Below, in pieces: positions 36,188 through 46,080 of a stretch of DNA of 64,000 bases. The notes beneath the pieces are model-generated. The model made no database searches and was not told where the DNA came from. It saw nothing but the letters and a program-made list of their open reading frames with translations. This stretch comes from Candidatus Bruticola sp. (GTDB taxonomy: Bacteria; Vulcanimicrobiota; Xenobia; Xenobiales; Xenobiaceae), in the NCBI GenBank assembly GCA_051874695.1, contig JBJEGC010000012.1, forward strand, positions 328-64,327. Direction: 5' to 3'. The position numbers and the translations under genes were made by a program. Each line of letters opens with the position of its first letter. Position 1 is the stretch's first letter.

Positions 36188-37384
36188 ATGCTAGATACGC
36201 TGCCTAAGCTGGATGATTCTTTCCCCAAATTAATACCTCATTTGCGCTCTTTCGTGAGCGGTTTAGAACATTGTATCGCTAATAAAGAACCTTTGCTCCA
36301 GCTGCGTGAGGAACTGCACCAGTGTGATGTGGTTATGTCCGCTTTTATACTGGCCTTCAAATACAGTGTACGCGGTTACGACTATAACGAAGAAGAATTG
36401 CCCCATATCGCCCAGGTTTATGCCGATTTTGAAGGAACAGCTGGCGTACTGTCATCCCTTATTTGCGATTTAAAGAGTGAAGATGCTGAAGGGGCGGTGC
36501 GTGACGTCAACGCCTTGGTGGAACAGCTTAAAGAAACCGAAAAGAGTTTGGCCAAGCTGGAAGAACTGAAAAAAGCCAAGACAAAAATGTCTGAGTTTGT
36601 CGGTATAGACAGTGTATTGAAAGCTGGCTTGGCCGTAGCTGAGGGGCGCCGTGAGTGGGACATGTTGGAAAATTGCTTGGATTCTCTCCGTCCGGCCTTT
36701 GAACGTTTAGTGGCCTGCAATTCCCTTCCCGACCATATAGAAGATTACTGTGAAGCTCTTGATGATCTGTTCAAAATTTGTGAACAGCAAAATTTAGAGG
36801 AACTTCCTGCTGCTTTGGAATCGTTTAAAGGCGCCAGCGAAATAATGATTGCCAAATATAATGAGGTTAAAGCCAGTAAACAAGCTAACGACAGCTCGCG
36901 CAGCTGGAATTGCCCCAAGTGTGGAGTTGACCTGGGAGAGTGGGATAAGCGTTGTCCTAAGTGCGGCTTGCGTCTGCCTGATCGCTCTGTCGTAGAACAG
37001 AATTTGAATGAATGTTGTAATTGCACAGATTTACCAGGTTGTGTGCAGATTATATTTGACAGTATAAATGGTCTTCGCGATGGCGGTGATTGTTGGAGGG
37101 CTTTCTCGGAAGGCTTGAGCGAGTATGCGGCTTTTGTAGAAGACTTAAAGTGTAAGTACGCTTCTTTGCCGGAAAGCGCCTTCAATAGTTCTTCTTCTGC
37201 AGGTGAGGCTTTAATTTTGTCCCGTGAAGCTGTTGAAGAAGGTTTAACTAAGCTTGAAAACGCCTATTACGTGTGTGAGCATATGCAGAATGGCGGAGAA
37301 GTTACCGATGAAGAACTGGATGCCGCTTTGGAAAATATGGTTGAAGGAGTAGAACAGACTCGTCAAATAACTAGTATGGTCTAG
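36188..37384 (+). CDS. hypothetical protein, paralog B of tandem pair with central zinc ribbon
   Basis: Same architecture as 34921-36135, at about 25-30% identity. The WNCPKCGVDLGEWDKRCPKCGLRLP ribbon lies between two alpha-helical domains. Confidence 0.6.
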   Translation: MLDTLPKLDDSFPKLIPHLRSFVSGLEHCIANKEPLLQLREELHQCDVVMSAFILAFKYSVRGYDYNEEELPHIAQVYADFEGTAGVLSSLICDLKSEDAEGAVRDVNALVEQLKETEKSLAKLEELKKAKTKMSEFVGIDSVLKAGLAVAEGRREWDMLENCLDSLRPAFERLVACNSLPDHIEDYCEALDDLFKICEQQNLEELPAALESFKGASEIMIAKYNEVKASKQANDSSRSWNCPKCGVDLGEWDKRCPKCGLRLPDRSVVEQNLNECCNCTDLPGCVQIIFDSINGLRDGGDCWRAFSEGLSEYAAFVEDLKCKYASLPESAFNSSSSAGEALILSREAVEEGLTKLENAYYVCEHMQNGGEVTDEELDAALENMVEGVEQTRQITSMV

Positions 37385-37559
37385 TAATTTGGCTTTTCAT
37401 GCAGTGTCTTTTCATTGGAGCACAAGTTTGAATGAGCTTCAAGGAGAAGACATTTTTTTTATAGTTTTTTGTCCGGTTACTGTCTGGCGGCTCTTTACTT
37501 TAGTGTAAAATGTATTGAAAATATAGCCAATTCTAGTTTTAAAGGAGAGGTATCTTCTC

Positions 37560-38579
37560 ATGAACGCTCTAACGAACGCTTCCTCCATGTCCGGTATGGC
37601 CAACATGGTTGGCCAAGATCTAAAGAATTCTCAGCTAATGTATTCTGGTATGGCCAATACCGATATTTCCGCTACTTCCGTTTTCGGTGGTGGTCAGGGC
37701 CTGATGGGTGTGTCCCAGGAACTGATCGATACCCAGATGAAGAGCCTTGAAGGGGCTGGCGACGTTGGCAAAACAATTGCTGCCGGTTTGAACTCCATTT
37801 ACTCTGGTGGCAGCTTTGAAGACTTCTTGCAGGCCACTATCGGGAGTATGGACATTAATCCTACTGTTGATAACGAGATTACTCAGGGAGCGACCGATAT
37901 GCTCGCTAAGTATCTTAAAACTTACTTCCCCGGTATGAGCGATGCCACCATTAAAGCTATGTGCAACTCTATGGTGGCTCAGTACGGCGACGTAGCCCAG
38001 GCTATGGATCTGAGCTCTTTGGCTTCCAGCGTAATCGGCTCTTCCGGTTTAAGCGCCAGCAGCTTAGGTGAGAGCGCTAGCAGTTCTAGCAGTGTAGGCA
38101 ACAATGGCAACTATGGCGCCAACAAAGGTGTAAGCGGTTTGCTGTCTGATGCCAGCTCCATGGTTGGTATGACTGAACAGTCTAATGCTTCTTCCATTAA
38201 CGCTATCACTAAGAAGAGCGGTATCAATTGTCAGACTACTCCGTGGTGTGCTGCCTGGGCTATGAACATGCTCAAAGATCACGGTGTGCTCGATACTTCT
38301 TCCTGCTCCAACGTTAACTATTGTCCGACTATTGTTAACTGGGCCAAGAAAGAAGACATCTGGGCTGGTCGTGGCTCCTATACTCCTCAACCCGGCGATG
38401 CCATTCTCTTTGACTGGCAAGGCGACGGTACTTCCGATCATATCGGTATTGTAGAGAAGGTTGCCAACGGTAAGGTTTACACCATTGAAGGTAACTCTTC
38501 CGACTCCGTGGCTAGGAGAAGCTACAGCCTTAATAGCTCCAAGGTAATGGGCTACATTAACTGCGCCGCTCAGAAGTAA
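37560..38579 (+). CDS. CHAP-domain peptidoglycan hydrolase/amidase-like protein with long low-complexity N-terminal region
   Basis: The C-terminal ...TPWCAAWAMNML...PQPGDAILFDW...SDHIGIVEKV...YTIEGNSSD has the Cys...His arrangement of CHAP domains. The N-terminal 220 aa are Ser/Gly/Met-rich with no signal peptide. AAAGGAGAGG RBS. Confidence 0.7.
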   Translation: MNALTNASSMSGMANMVGQDLKNSQLMYSGMANTDISATSVFGGGQGLMGVSQELIDTQMKSLEGAGDVGKTIAAGLNSIYSGGSFEDFLQATIGSMDINPTVDNEITQGATDMLAKYLKTYFPGMSDATIKAMCNSMVAQYGDVAQAMDLSSLASSVIGSSGLSASSLGESASSSSSVGNNGNYGANKGVSGLLSDASSMVGMTEQSNASSINAITKKSGINCQTTPWCAAWAMNMLKDHGVLDTSSCSNVNYCPTIVNWAKKEDIWAGRGSYTPQPGDAILFDWQGDGTSDHIGIVEKVANGKVYTIEGNSSDSVARRSYSLNSSKVMGYINCAAQK

Positions 38580-38582
38580 GTT

Positions 38583-38660
38583 TTAGAGGCCGTTTCCCTT
38601 GTTTGGTAACGGCTTTCGTGAAATGGGCCCCCGCTTCTTGTTCTATTGAGGCGGGGGTCC
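38583..38660. terminator. two tandem hairpins between convergent genes (possible bidirectional terminator)
   Basis: GCCGTT...AACGGC followed by TTTCG, then CCCCCGC...GCGGGGG followed by TCCATTTG. Confidence 0.4.
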
Positions 38661-38695
38661 ATTTGTGTTAAGGAATTTTAAATTTGCAGATGCAC

Positions 38696-41017
38696 TTACT
38701 CAAACATTGAATCGAGTTCTGCCATCTTAAACTTCTCCGGTTCATGGCCGGTCCAATCTATTACAAAGTATGTACGACAAGGTAGGGTCATTTTGCTAAA
38801 ATAGCGTATTTGTTGGGTAGGAATCATTTTTTTGTACCCATAATACCAGCCTACAGGAACAGGTGGAGTGTTAGAGCCTTTATTGCACAGATGGCGGGTC
38901 CCTTTAGGAAAAAAGGGCATAACTCTGGCACTAAAAGAATTACCTACAACTTTACATCCCATGTCGCTACGCATAACGAAGTGAAGGTGAGGCGCAAAGA
39001 GCAAACTGCTGCCAAATTCAATAGTGACCTCCGGGTCTCCGCAGCTTATCGTATCCCTGATAACCAACATTTGCTGATTCGATTTTAAGAGCAGCTCGCG
39101 TCCAATGCTTATAAGCATTCCGTTGTTGAGCTTGGCTTGTCGCTTGGCTTTAAAAATAATGTCTCCACCAAGCGTACTTCTGTAGAGCGGGGAGCAGAAT
39201 AAGCGGTTTCCCTTATCAATATCTTCTATAGAGTCGGGGCACAAACTCGCTTCGCTGCTATTAAGATCTTCCTGACGCGCCACCTCAAAAGGTCTAATTT
39301 CACCTTTGATAACGGGAGTTGAATGTGAGAAAAAGCTATTTAAGTAAGCGGAAGTTTTACCATAATAGTCAGGGAAGCCGGAGTCTATTAAGAAAGGCTC
39401 ACCCTTCACATTAACAATCACTGACAAGAAATCGCAATGAGTCGCTTTGGGACTGGCAGCTTGATTAGGGGGATTATAGAAATCTCGGCTGTAGTTTCTT
39501 GGCTGGCATCCTCTAATAATAGCCTGGGAGCCAGATTCTTCCCAAGTGTCTCTGACAACTCCCAAACCTGCAGCTGAAAAATAAAACTGATTTGTCTTAG
39601 GAGCATAGGGAATAATCTGGTTGAACATTTCCGAGGCGTTAGGACCTACCCACCACAGAAGTTCACCAGGCATATTTTTGATGGCATAGGACCATTGACC
39701 GCAGTTCAAGGCGATAGCCCCCAAACATAGCAGATTCTGCGCATATTCAAAACTTGAGTAGGCAAATCGGCCTAAAAATCCGGGAGGACTATAAGTTCCT
39801 ATGTTAGGGATGAGTGGATGTGGTACAGGCTTGCTCGTTTTCGCTGTTCCGTCAGTATTTTGAAAGGGATTATAGCTTATATGCTTGATAACTCTGTTCG
39901 TTCCGCTTATGGCTTGTAGGGCCTGGAGAGCCTTAATGCAAGCTTCTGTCAGAAAAACCGGGGGAGACGTTTGGGTGCGCATATGCTGCACAATAGGCAG
40001 AAGTAGCCATTCCATAGCGGAACAGTGGACGCATAGGGAAGCACTAAGATGCAATCCGTTGCTGTCAAATTCCCTTTTTATAAGCTCAGGTAATTTAGAT
40101 TTCGCTAAATTCTGCCATCGTTCAGCCAGCTTAAGCTCCGGGAAATTGACGGCAAACATGTATAGGCAGGAAGCTGCTGGCAACGATAAGGTCTGATCGT
40201 GCGTCAGGTGCCAGCTTAAGGCCGATGCATGTAAGATCATGGTCTTAAGGACTTCTGCAAACAGAACTGGAGTTACAACCCGACTGTTCAGGCACATATT
40301 GATAGCTATCATCCAGTTCATCAGACGCACCGCTACAGTATCGAAATTGAGCCAGTTAACCCCTATCCAGAGAGGGTTGCTTTTGCTCCAGCTGATCGCC
40401 TGTATCATTACTTCTGCGGCGTAATTGTCTTGTTGAGCCAGCCAAAAAGAGCGCGCTAGTGTCAAAAAATGAAAATGCTGATTTAAATCCCAAGTACGAT
40501 CGAAAGAGACAAAACCGCCGCGCTGTTTTTCGCTATCGGAATAGAGTTCCTTTAGGAGTTTTTTTACGTGAATGTTGGGACAACTGCCTGAGTGGAAGTC
40601 GTAGAACCAGTCTATATCTTGGCCTAAAGCTACAGGTTTTTCTGTATCGTAGGGACAAAAAATATGCCTCATTGCTTGTGAGGCAGGGAGCTCTGTAGCT
40701 TTAATTACATTGGGAAAATATTCAAAACGTTCTCTGAGCAGATCTTGCTCTGAGCTGCGGAGAAAAAACACCGGAGTACTGCGGCCGCGAAAGTAATTGA
40801 GAAGTGCTTTCGCGGCCAGTTCCGGTTGTTCGTTATGATAATGATTTTTAGCTTCCCCGATTCCGCGCACATTAGAGAATTGGCCGTATAAGTAGCCGTC
40901 TTCGAGCCTGTACTCAGACTCATTCTCATAAGCGAACTCTACCTGCCCCTCTAATTTAAACAAGGGCCTGACAGGGTCTATAATACTTTTGCGAAACCAG
41001 GGAAACATTTTATTCAA
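38696..41017 (-). CDS. heparinase II/III-like (alginate-lyase-fold) family protein
   Basis: 773-aa protein. The N-terminal alpha/alpha toroid region is W/F/H-rich and the C-terminus is beta-rich, as in Hepar_II_III proteins in surface-glycan loci. Domain assignment is by recall, not by a search. Confidence 0.5.
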   Translation of the reverse strand: MNKMFPWFRKSIIDPVRPLFKLEGQVEFAYENESEYRLEDGYLYGQFSNVRGIGEAKNHYHNEQPELAAKALLNYFRGRSTPVFFLRSSEQDLLRERFEYFPNVIKATELPASQAMRHIFCPYDTEKPVALGQDIDWFYDFHSGSCPNIHVKKLLKELYSDSEKQRGGFVSFDRTWDLNQHFHFLTLARSFWLAQQDNYAAEVMIQAISWSKSNPLWIGVNWLNFDTVAVRLMNWMIAINMCLNSRVVTPVLFAEVLKTMILHASALSWHLTHDQTLSLPAASCLYMFAVNFPELKLAERWQNLAKSKLPELIKREFDSNGLHLSASLCVHCSAMEWLLLPIVQHMRTQTSPPVFLTEACIKALQALQAISGTNRVIKHISYNPFQNTDGTAKTSKPVPHPLIPNIGTYSPPGFLGRFAYSSFEYAQNLLCLGAIALNCGQWSYAIKNMPGELLWWVGPNASEMFNQIIPYAPKTNQFYFSAAGLGVVRDTWEESGSQAIIRGCQPRNYSRDFYNPPNQAASPKATHCDFLSVIVNVKGEPFLIDSGFPDYYGKTSAYLNSFFSHSTPVIKGEIRPFEVARQEDLNSSEASLCPDSIEDIDKGNRLFCSPLYRSTLGGDIIFKAKRQAKLNNGMLISIGRELLLKSNQQMLVIRDTISCGDPEVTIEFGSSLLFAPHLHFVMRSDMGCKVVGNSFSARVMPFFPKGTRHLCNKGSNTPPVPVGWYYGYKKMIPTQQIRYFSKMTLPCRTYFVIDWTGHEPEKFKMAELDSMFE

Positions 41018-41029
41018 AGAGATACTCTC

Positions 41030-42133
41030 CTATGCGCGGAAAAAACTCTTAATTGCAGCTGCTACGGTATCAATTTGTTCATCGGTAAGCTCAGGGAACA
41101 TGGGCAAGGACATGACCTCTTTCTGAAGCTGTTCACAAACAGGGAGAGAGCCCTCCTTCATTCCGCTGGCTGCAAAAGTTTTCTGCAAGTGGAGGCAAAC
41201 CGGATAGTAGATGGCTGGGCCTACGCCATTGGCGCGCATATGCTCGAAGAGCTCGTCGCGCTTAGGAACACGAATCGTGTACTGATGGAAAACATGGCGG
41301 TAGCCTTCGCGTTCAATAGGAGTAATTAACCCTTCAATACCTTGTAAAGCCTCGGTGTATTTTTTAGCAACAGCGCGCCTTTTATCATTCCATTCGGGGA
41401 CGTGCCTTAACTTCACACGCAAAGCGGCGGCTTGAATTTCATCCAGTCGGCTGTTGGTACCTAAAATTTCGTGGTAATAGCGCACTTTGCTGCCATGACC
41501 GCGCAACATTTGCAGTTTCTCGAAGTAAGTGTCGCTGTTCGTCAGAACCATGCCGCCATCACCGATACCGCCTAAGTTCTTGCTGGGGAAGAACGAGAAG
41601 CAGCTCATATCACCGAATCCGCCGACCTTTTGTCCGTTGATTTCGGCACCGGTAGCTTGGGCACAGTCTTCAATGAGAGCTAAACTGTGCTCTTGACAGA
41701 TAGCCTTAATAGCGGAAATATCTGCTGCGTGTCCATAAAGATGAACGCAGATAACCGCCTTAGTATTAGGAGTTATAGCTTTTTTAAGACTTTCCGGATC
41801 TAAAGAAAAAGTGTGGGGATCAATATCAGCGAAGACTACTTTAGAACCGGCTAAAGCGACAGCGCCGGCGGAAGCAACAAAAGTGAACGAAGGGACGATC
41901 ACTTCATCTTCAGCTTTCAAATCGAGGGCTCTGACTGCCAACTGTAAAGCGTCGGTGCCGTTGCCTACGCCGATACCGTGCTTTACTCCGTTCCAAGCGG
42001 CAAACTCTTCTTCAAAAGCTTTTACTTCGGGGCCTAGAACGTAGGCTGTAGAGCGCAGAACTTTCAGTACCGCCTCTTCCAACTCATTTTGAATTTGAGA
42101 GTACTGAGTGCGAAGCTCTAAAATAGGGATCAT
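41030..42133 (-). CDS. DegT/DnrJ/EryC1/StrS-family PLP-dependent sugar aminotransferase
   Basis: GNGTDALQLAVRAL, VIVPSFTFVASAGAV, FSFFPSKNLGGIGDGGMV (PLP-binding Lys region) and NSRLDEIQAA. Confidence 0.85.
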   Translation of the reverse strand: MIPILELRTQYSQIQNELEEAVLKVLRSTAYVLGPEVKAFEEEFAAWNGVKHGIGVGNGTDALQLAVRALDLKAEDEVIVPSFTFVASAGAVALAGSKVVFADIDPHTFSLDPESLKKAITPNTKAVICVHLYGHAADISAIKAICQEHSLALIEDCAQATGAEINGQKVGGFGDMSCFSFFPSKNLGGIGDGGMVLTNSDTYFEKLQMLRGHGSKVRYYHEILGTNSRLDEIQAAALRVKLRHVPEWNDKRRAVAKKYTEALQGIEGLITPIEREGYRHVFHQYTIRVPKRDELFEHMRANGVGPAIYYPVCLHLQKTFAASGMKEGSLPVCEQLQKEVMSLPMFPELTDEQIDTVAAAIKSFFRA

Positions 42134-42473
42134 AAATATGTCTCCTTCTATCCGTTCATCAGGAGCGGAACTGCTTTGATGGCAGAAAATCCCAAAATTA
42201 TGGGGTAATTTTCCGTCGGCAAATGTAGGTTACCTACTCGTTAAGGGAAGGCTGTAAATAATTGCCTTTAATCCCAAGGTAATTTTGCTTGGAGGCAAAC
42301 GGCTATTTATCGCCTTCGTTGACGAGTATTTTTGTAATATACTCAAGCTTCATCTTAAGATAGATGAGCAAAAGCTGAGTGGACTACAGAATCCGATATT
42401 TTCCAAACACGGGGGGGAAGCCCTGCCTAAATAAAGTACATTTTACAAATGTTTAGCTTCCCGCATTTGTTGA

Positions 42474-44288
42474 TCAGGACTGCGAGGCAGAGCGCACCTC
42501 AAACTCAAGACGCCATTTGGGATGGCCGTCTTGGCAGCACCATACCTCTAGAGTGCCCACTTCCGTAACGTGAGTTTCCAGGGTAACAGGAATCACCTTA
42601 CCGACTTCACCTACTTCGGCAGGTAAGGTAATCTGCAGAGGAGGCAGTTCTTCTATATCATCTTCCCAATCATCTATAAGATCGCCAATTTGATCTTGCT
42701 GTCGGCACGTAGAAGCTAAGAAGCGAAACTCTACCGGTTCCCCTACTACTAAACCGAAACTCCTACCTGGCAAACGTTCACGGGAATCTTCTTCCATACC
42801 GAATGGGGCTGCGCAGAGAGCTTTTATAGGAGGAATAAGGCCTGGCACAGCGGGCATGGAAGTTTCTATACCAAGGTAATAGGAGCGATTTGTTCCTGCC
42901 TTTATTCTTATGCCTGCTCCTTGACTGGCCAGCCCGCTGCGCACGGCACCGCGAGCTACGGCTAAATCATAATCGGCTCCTTCCAGCTCTTTTACTGGCG
43001 GTGCTCCTACAGAGGTCAGCCAGCTGTTTAATGTTTCTGTTAAACGACGGCGCAGGACAGGAGCTTTAAGGACGCCTCCGTTGAATAAAATTGCTGTAGG
43101 TGCAAAAAAAGGCAAGGAGTTGTCTTCAGGTTTATTGACGGTTAGGAAGCGAGCCAAGTGCTTGGTAATGGCCGGATTGGATTCAAACGGAAGGCCTAAT
43201 TCGCGCAAGCCACTTTGACGGGAGCGAATGGCCTGATCTTCTATTGAACATTTAGGGAAGAAACCGTCTACTATAAGTTGCTCGGTAAGTTGCTTGGAAA
43301 GAGGAAGCGTTACAGAGGAGGCAATCAGGCTGCTGCCACGCCCGGGAATGGTTACATTCCATTCTTCTTCTCCATCTTCTTGTAAGAGTTGTTCTTTGGC
43401 AGTGCGACAGGCATGAGTGAGGACTTGCATCTGCCAGCTATCTAATTTAGTTTTTCGCTCAGTTTTGAGTTTTTGCTGTAAGCAGACGGCTAAAGTAAGA
43501 TCCATGTTGTCGCCGCCTAATAAAATATGGTCGCCTACCGCGGAGCGTTCCAAAGATAAATTTCCGTCTTGATCAGTTACACTTATGAGACTGAAGTCAG
43601 TGGTGCCCCCTCCAATATCACAAACTAAAATTTTGTCGCCTACGGAAACTTGGGAACGCCAATCTTTTTCGCTGTTGCCTAGCCAGGCATAGAAAGCAGC
43701 TTGAGGTTCTTCCAATAAAGTGAGATTTGTGAGGCCTGCTTTATGAGCAGCCTGGACTGTCAGCTCTCTGGCAATAGTATCAAAAGAGGCAGGAACGGTA
43801 AGTACAATTTGTTGTTCGGCAAGCGGGGAATTCGGATGTTCAAAGTCCCAAGCAGAGCGCAAATGCTCCAAGTATCTAGCCGAAGCGTCTATGGGAGAAA
43901 TGTGTTCTACTTCATCGGGGGCATTCCAGGGCAGGATGGGGGCATTGCGGTCAGCTTGTTCACTAGAAAGCCACGATTTCGCTGAAGAGACAACTCTATG
44001 AGGAACTTTCACCCCCTGTTCACGGGCCATGTAGCCCACAACGCTGTTAGCCTGTTTGTTCCAAGGGAGTTCCAAGCTTCTGGGAGGCAGTTCATGGGCT
44101 CCGGGAAAATATAAAAAAGAAGGCAGAGTTTTGCGAGGTTCAACCGTGGCCGGATAAGTTAGCTGGGAAACGGCAAAATGGTGTATAGGTGGAGTCTCTT
44201 TGCGTGTTCTCTGTTCTGATGAAACAGCATCCGGATCGGACCAGGCCACGGCGCAGTTAGTCGTTCCTAAGTCTATACCTATAATCAT
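42474..44288 (-). CDS. divergent Hsp70/actin-fold ATPase family protein
   Basis: Phosphate-1 motif MIIGIDLGTTNCAVAW, VCDIGGGTTDFSLI, and LFNGGVLKAPVLR. Not canonical DnaK: it lacks the DnaK substrate-binding-domain signatures. Confidence 0.7.
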   Translation of the reverse strand: MIIGIDLGTTNCAVAWSDPDAVSSEQRTRKETPPIHHFAVSQLTYPATVEPRKTLPSFLYFPGAHELPPRSLELPWNKQANSVVGYMAREQGVKVPHRVVSSAKSWLSSEQADRNAPILPWNAPDEVEHISPIDASARYLEHLRSAWDFEHPNSPLAEQQIVLTVPASFDTIARELTVQAAHKAGLTNLTLLEEPQAAFYAWLGNSEKDWRSQVSVGDKILVCDIGGGTTDFSLISVTDQDGNLSLERSAVGDHILLGGDNMDLTLAVCLQQKLKTERKTKLDSWQMQVLTHACRTAKEQLLQEDGEEEWNVTIPGRGSSLIASSVTLPLSKQLTEQLIVDGFFPKCSIEDQAIRSRQSGLRELGLPFESNPAITKHLARFLTVNKPEDNSLPFFAPTAILFNGGVLKAPVLRRRLTETLNSWLTSVGAPPVKELEGADYDLAVARGAVRSGLASQGAGIRIKAGTNRSYYLGIETSMPAVPGLIPPIKALCAAPFGMEEDSRERLPGRSFGLVVGEPVEFRFLASTCRQQDQIGDLIDDWEDDIEELPPLQITLPAEVGEVGKVIPVTLETHVTEVGTLEVWCCQDGHPKWRLEFEVRSASQS

Positions 44289-44337
44289 AAAACGTTATCT
44301 CTCCTGGAATATTTTCCCAAAATCAGGTGACCGCAGA

Positions 44338-44841
44338 CTAAAGCTCTACTTCGGCAGGGCAAATAATATCCGAATCGTCATCGGTACTTTGAGGAAGATT
44401 AGCTTGGGCAAGGCGCCAACCTTGGTGGCGCAAGATACCTTTAAATGGTGGGTTGCCCTCAACTTTACCGACTAAGCGGATGCTGCTCGGATCGAAGCCT
44501 TCTTCTATTGTAATATCCGAACCTTCTTCCTCAGAGCGCACCGGTTCGAGTGTAAGATACTCTTTAAGCGCTTTGCGGCACCCTTTATATACGGTCGACT
44601 TAACGACTGCACCTATTTGCTCTTCAGGAACGTTCTCCAAGTCTTCTTGCAAAAAGTCGATGAGACGTCCTTCGCGCTGCAGCAAAGCCAGAATGCCAAC
44701 GGCACCAGGGTACAACGAGGGAGTACTGGCAGAAGATACGGGCTGATCTGCTTTGTCTTCTAACAATAGGGATAATTTTTCAGCGAAGGCACCATTGAAC
44801 AGAGCTTTAAAAAAAGCCTTGAAAGCTGTAATTATACGCAT
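44338..44841 (-). CDS. hypothetical protein (possible DUF2760-type partner of the Hsp70-like gene)
   Basis: 167 aa with an amphipathic N-terminus. Lies directly downstream of the Hsp70-like gene. The family assignment is from memory of this gene pairing. Confidence 0.35.
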   Translation of the reverse strand: MRIITAFKAFFKALFNGAFAEKLSLLLEDKADQPVSSASTPSLYPGAVGILALLQREGRLIDFLQEDLENVPEEQIGAVVKSTVYKGCRKALKEYLTLEPVRSEEEGSDITIEEGFDPSSIRLVGKVEGNPPFKGILRHQGWRLAQANLPQSTDDDSDIICPAEVEL

Positions 44842-44884
44842 GTCTGAAGTTACGACAGTTGTAGGCCTTTAACCTTTTGTATAC

Positions 44885-45841
44885 CTAATCAGCACAGGCC
44901 CGCTGCAGTCGATCTAGGAGAGCAGACCAGCGTTCTTCGTTTTGCGGAGGCTTTTCAACGAGAATTGTCTGTGGGCGCAGACTGTCTGCGTAACGGAGCA
45001 GACTGTAAAGAGATTGAGCGCATTCAGCCGGATTATCGGGCAAATGCAGACGGCGAATTAAATTGTTGTCTGGATAAATATGTTCGCGTCTGCTTAAAAT
45101 TACGGTCGGTCCCTGAGCCTTAGAGGCTAATTGCAAAAGTTCTTCCGCTGTTACTAAATGGGCAGGGGAGTGGGGAGCATAATGCTTTTTTAAAGTTCCC
45201 GGGGCTTTGCTGCCTTGACCATAAGCAATAGGTAGGCCCGCTACCTCACTGATCACCGAAGCACTGAGCATACCCGGCCTAACTATAACTGGTTGCTCTT
45301 TAGAAAAATCTATAATCGTTGATTCTACACCTACCGAACAGGGGCCGCCATCTAGGATAAAGCGGAGCCGATTGCCGAATTCTTCACGTACGTGGGCGGC
45401 ACTGGTAGGGCTTATATGACCAAAGCGGTTAGCTGAAGGTCCAATTAGGCCGCGTCCGAAGACGGAGATTAACTTTCTGGTAAGAGGATGGGCCGGTATG
45501 CGCAGTCCTACATTGTCTTGGCCGCCGGTTACTTGAGCCAGTACTCCGGGTTGTTTAGGCAATATTAAAGTCATAGGACCTGGCCAAAAATGTTCGGCTA
45601 ATTTCAGGGCCGCTTCCGGAATTTCTCTAGCCCATAATTCTATTTTGTCCAGATTGTCTAGGTGGACAATTGAGGGGTGATCTGCCGGTCGTCCTTTAAG
45701 AGCGTATACTTTGCGTATAGCTTCCTGATTAGAAGCGTCAGCGCCTAATCCATAAACTGTTTCTGTGGGAAAAGCAGCCATGCCGCCTCTCTCTAATTCT
45801 TGAGCTGCTTGTTGAATGAGTTCATCTTCGGAGGTAAACAT
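44885..45841 (-). CDS. tsaC: L-threonylcarbamoyladenylate synthase (Sua5/YrdC family, with Sua5 C-terminal domain)
   Basis: AFPTETVYGLGADASNQEAIRKVYALKGRPADHPSIVHL is the YrdC signature. 318 aa implies the extra Sua5 domain. Confidence 0.85.
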   Translation of the reverse strand: MFTSEDELIQQAAQELERGGMAAFPTETVYGLGADASNQEAIRKVYALKGRPADHPSIVHLDNLDKIELWAREIPEAALKLAEHFWPGPMTLILPKQPGVLAQVTGGQDNVGLRIPAHPLTRKLISVFGRGLIGPSANRFGHISPTSAAHVREEFGNRLRFILDGGPCSVGVESTIIDFSKEQPVIVRPGMLSASVISEVAGLPIAYGQGSKAPGTLKKHYAPHSPAHLVTAEELLQLASKAQGPTVILSRREHIYPDNNLIRRLHLPDNPAECAQSLYSLLRYADSLRPQTILVEKPPQNEERWSALLDRLQRACAD

Positions 45842-46080
45842 ATTTTGTCTGATCTTTCTTTGCCGGGGCCGTTTATTTGTTAGGGACCCTTATGAAGTCG
45901 CTGCTTGTAGGCTTTCCGGTCAAATATGAGCAACCAAAGAGGGGGGCTGCAGCTTCAGGGCTGCCTTCGAAACTCGGTTGCACACTTTTCTTTCGTAAAA
46001 AAATAAGGCCGTTCCCCCCATTGTATAAGGAACGACCGTATACATACGCTTATGCTTTCAAAGTTTTGCGCAACGTAGAA

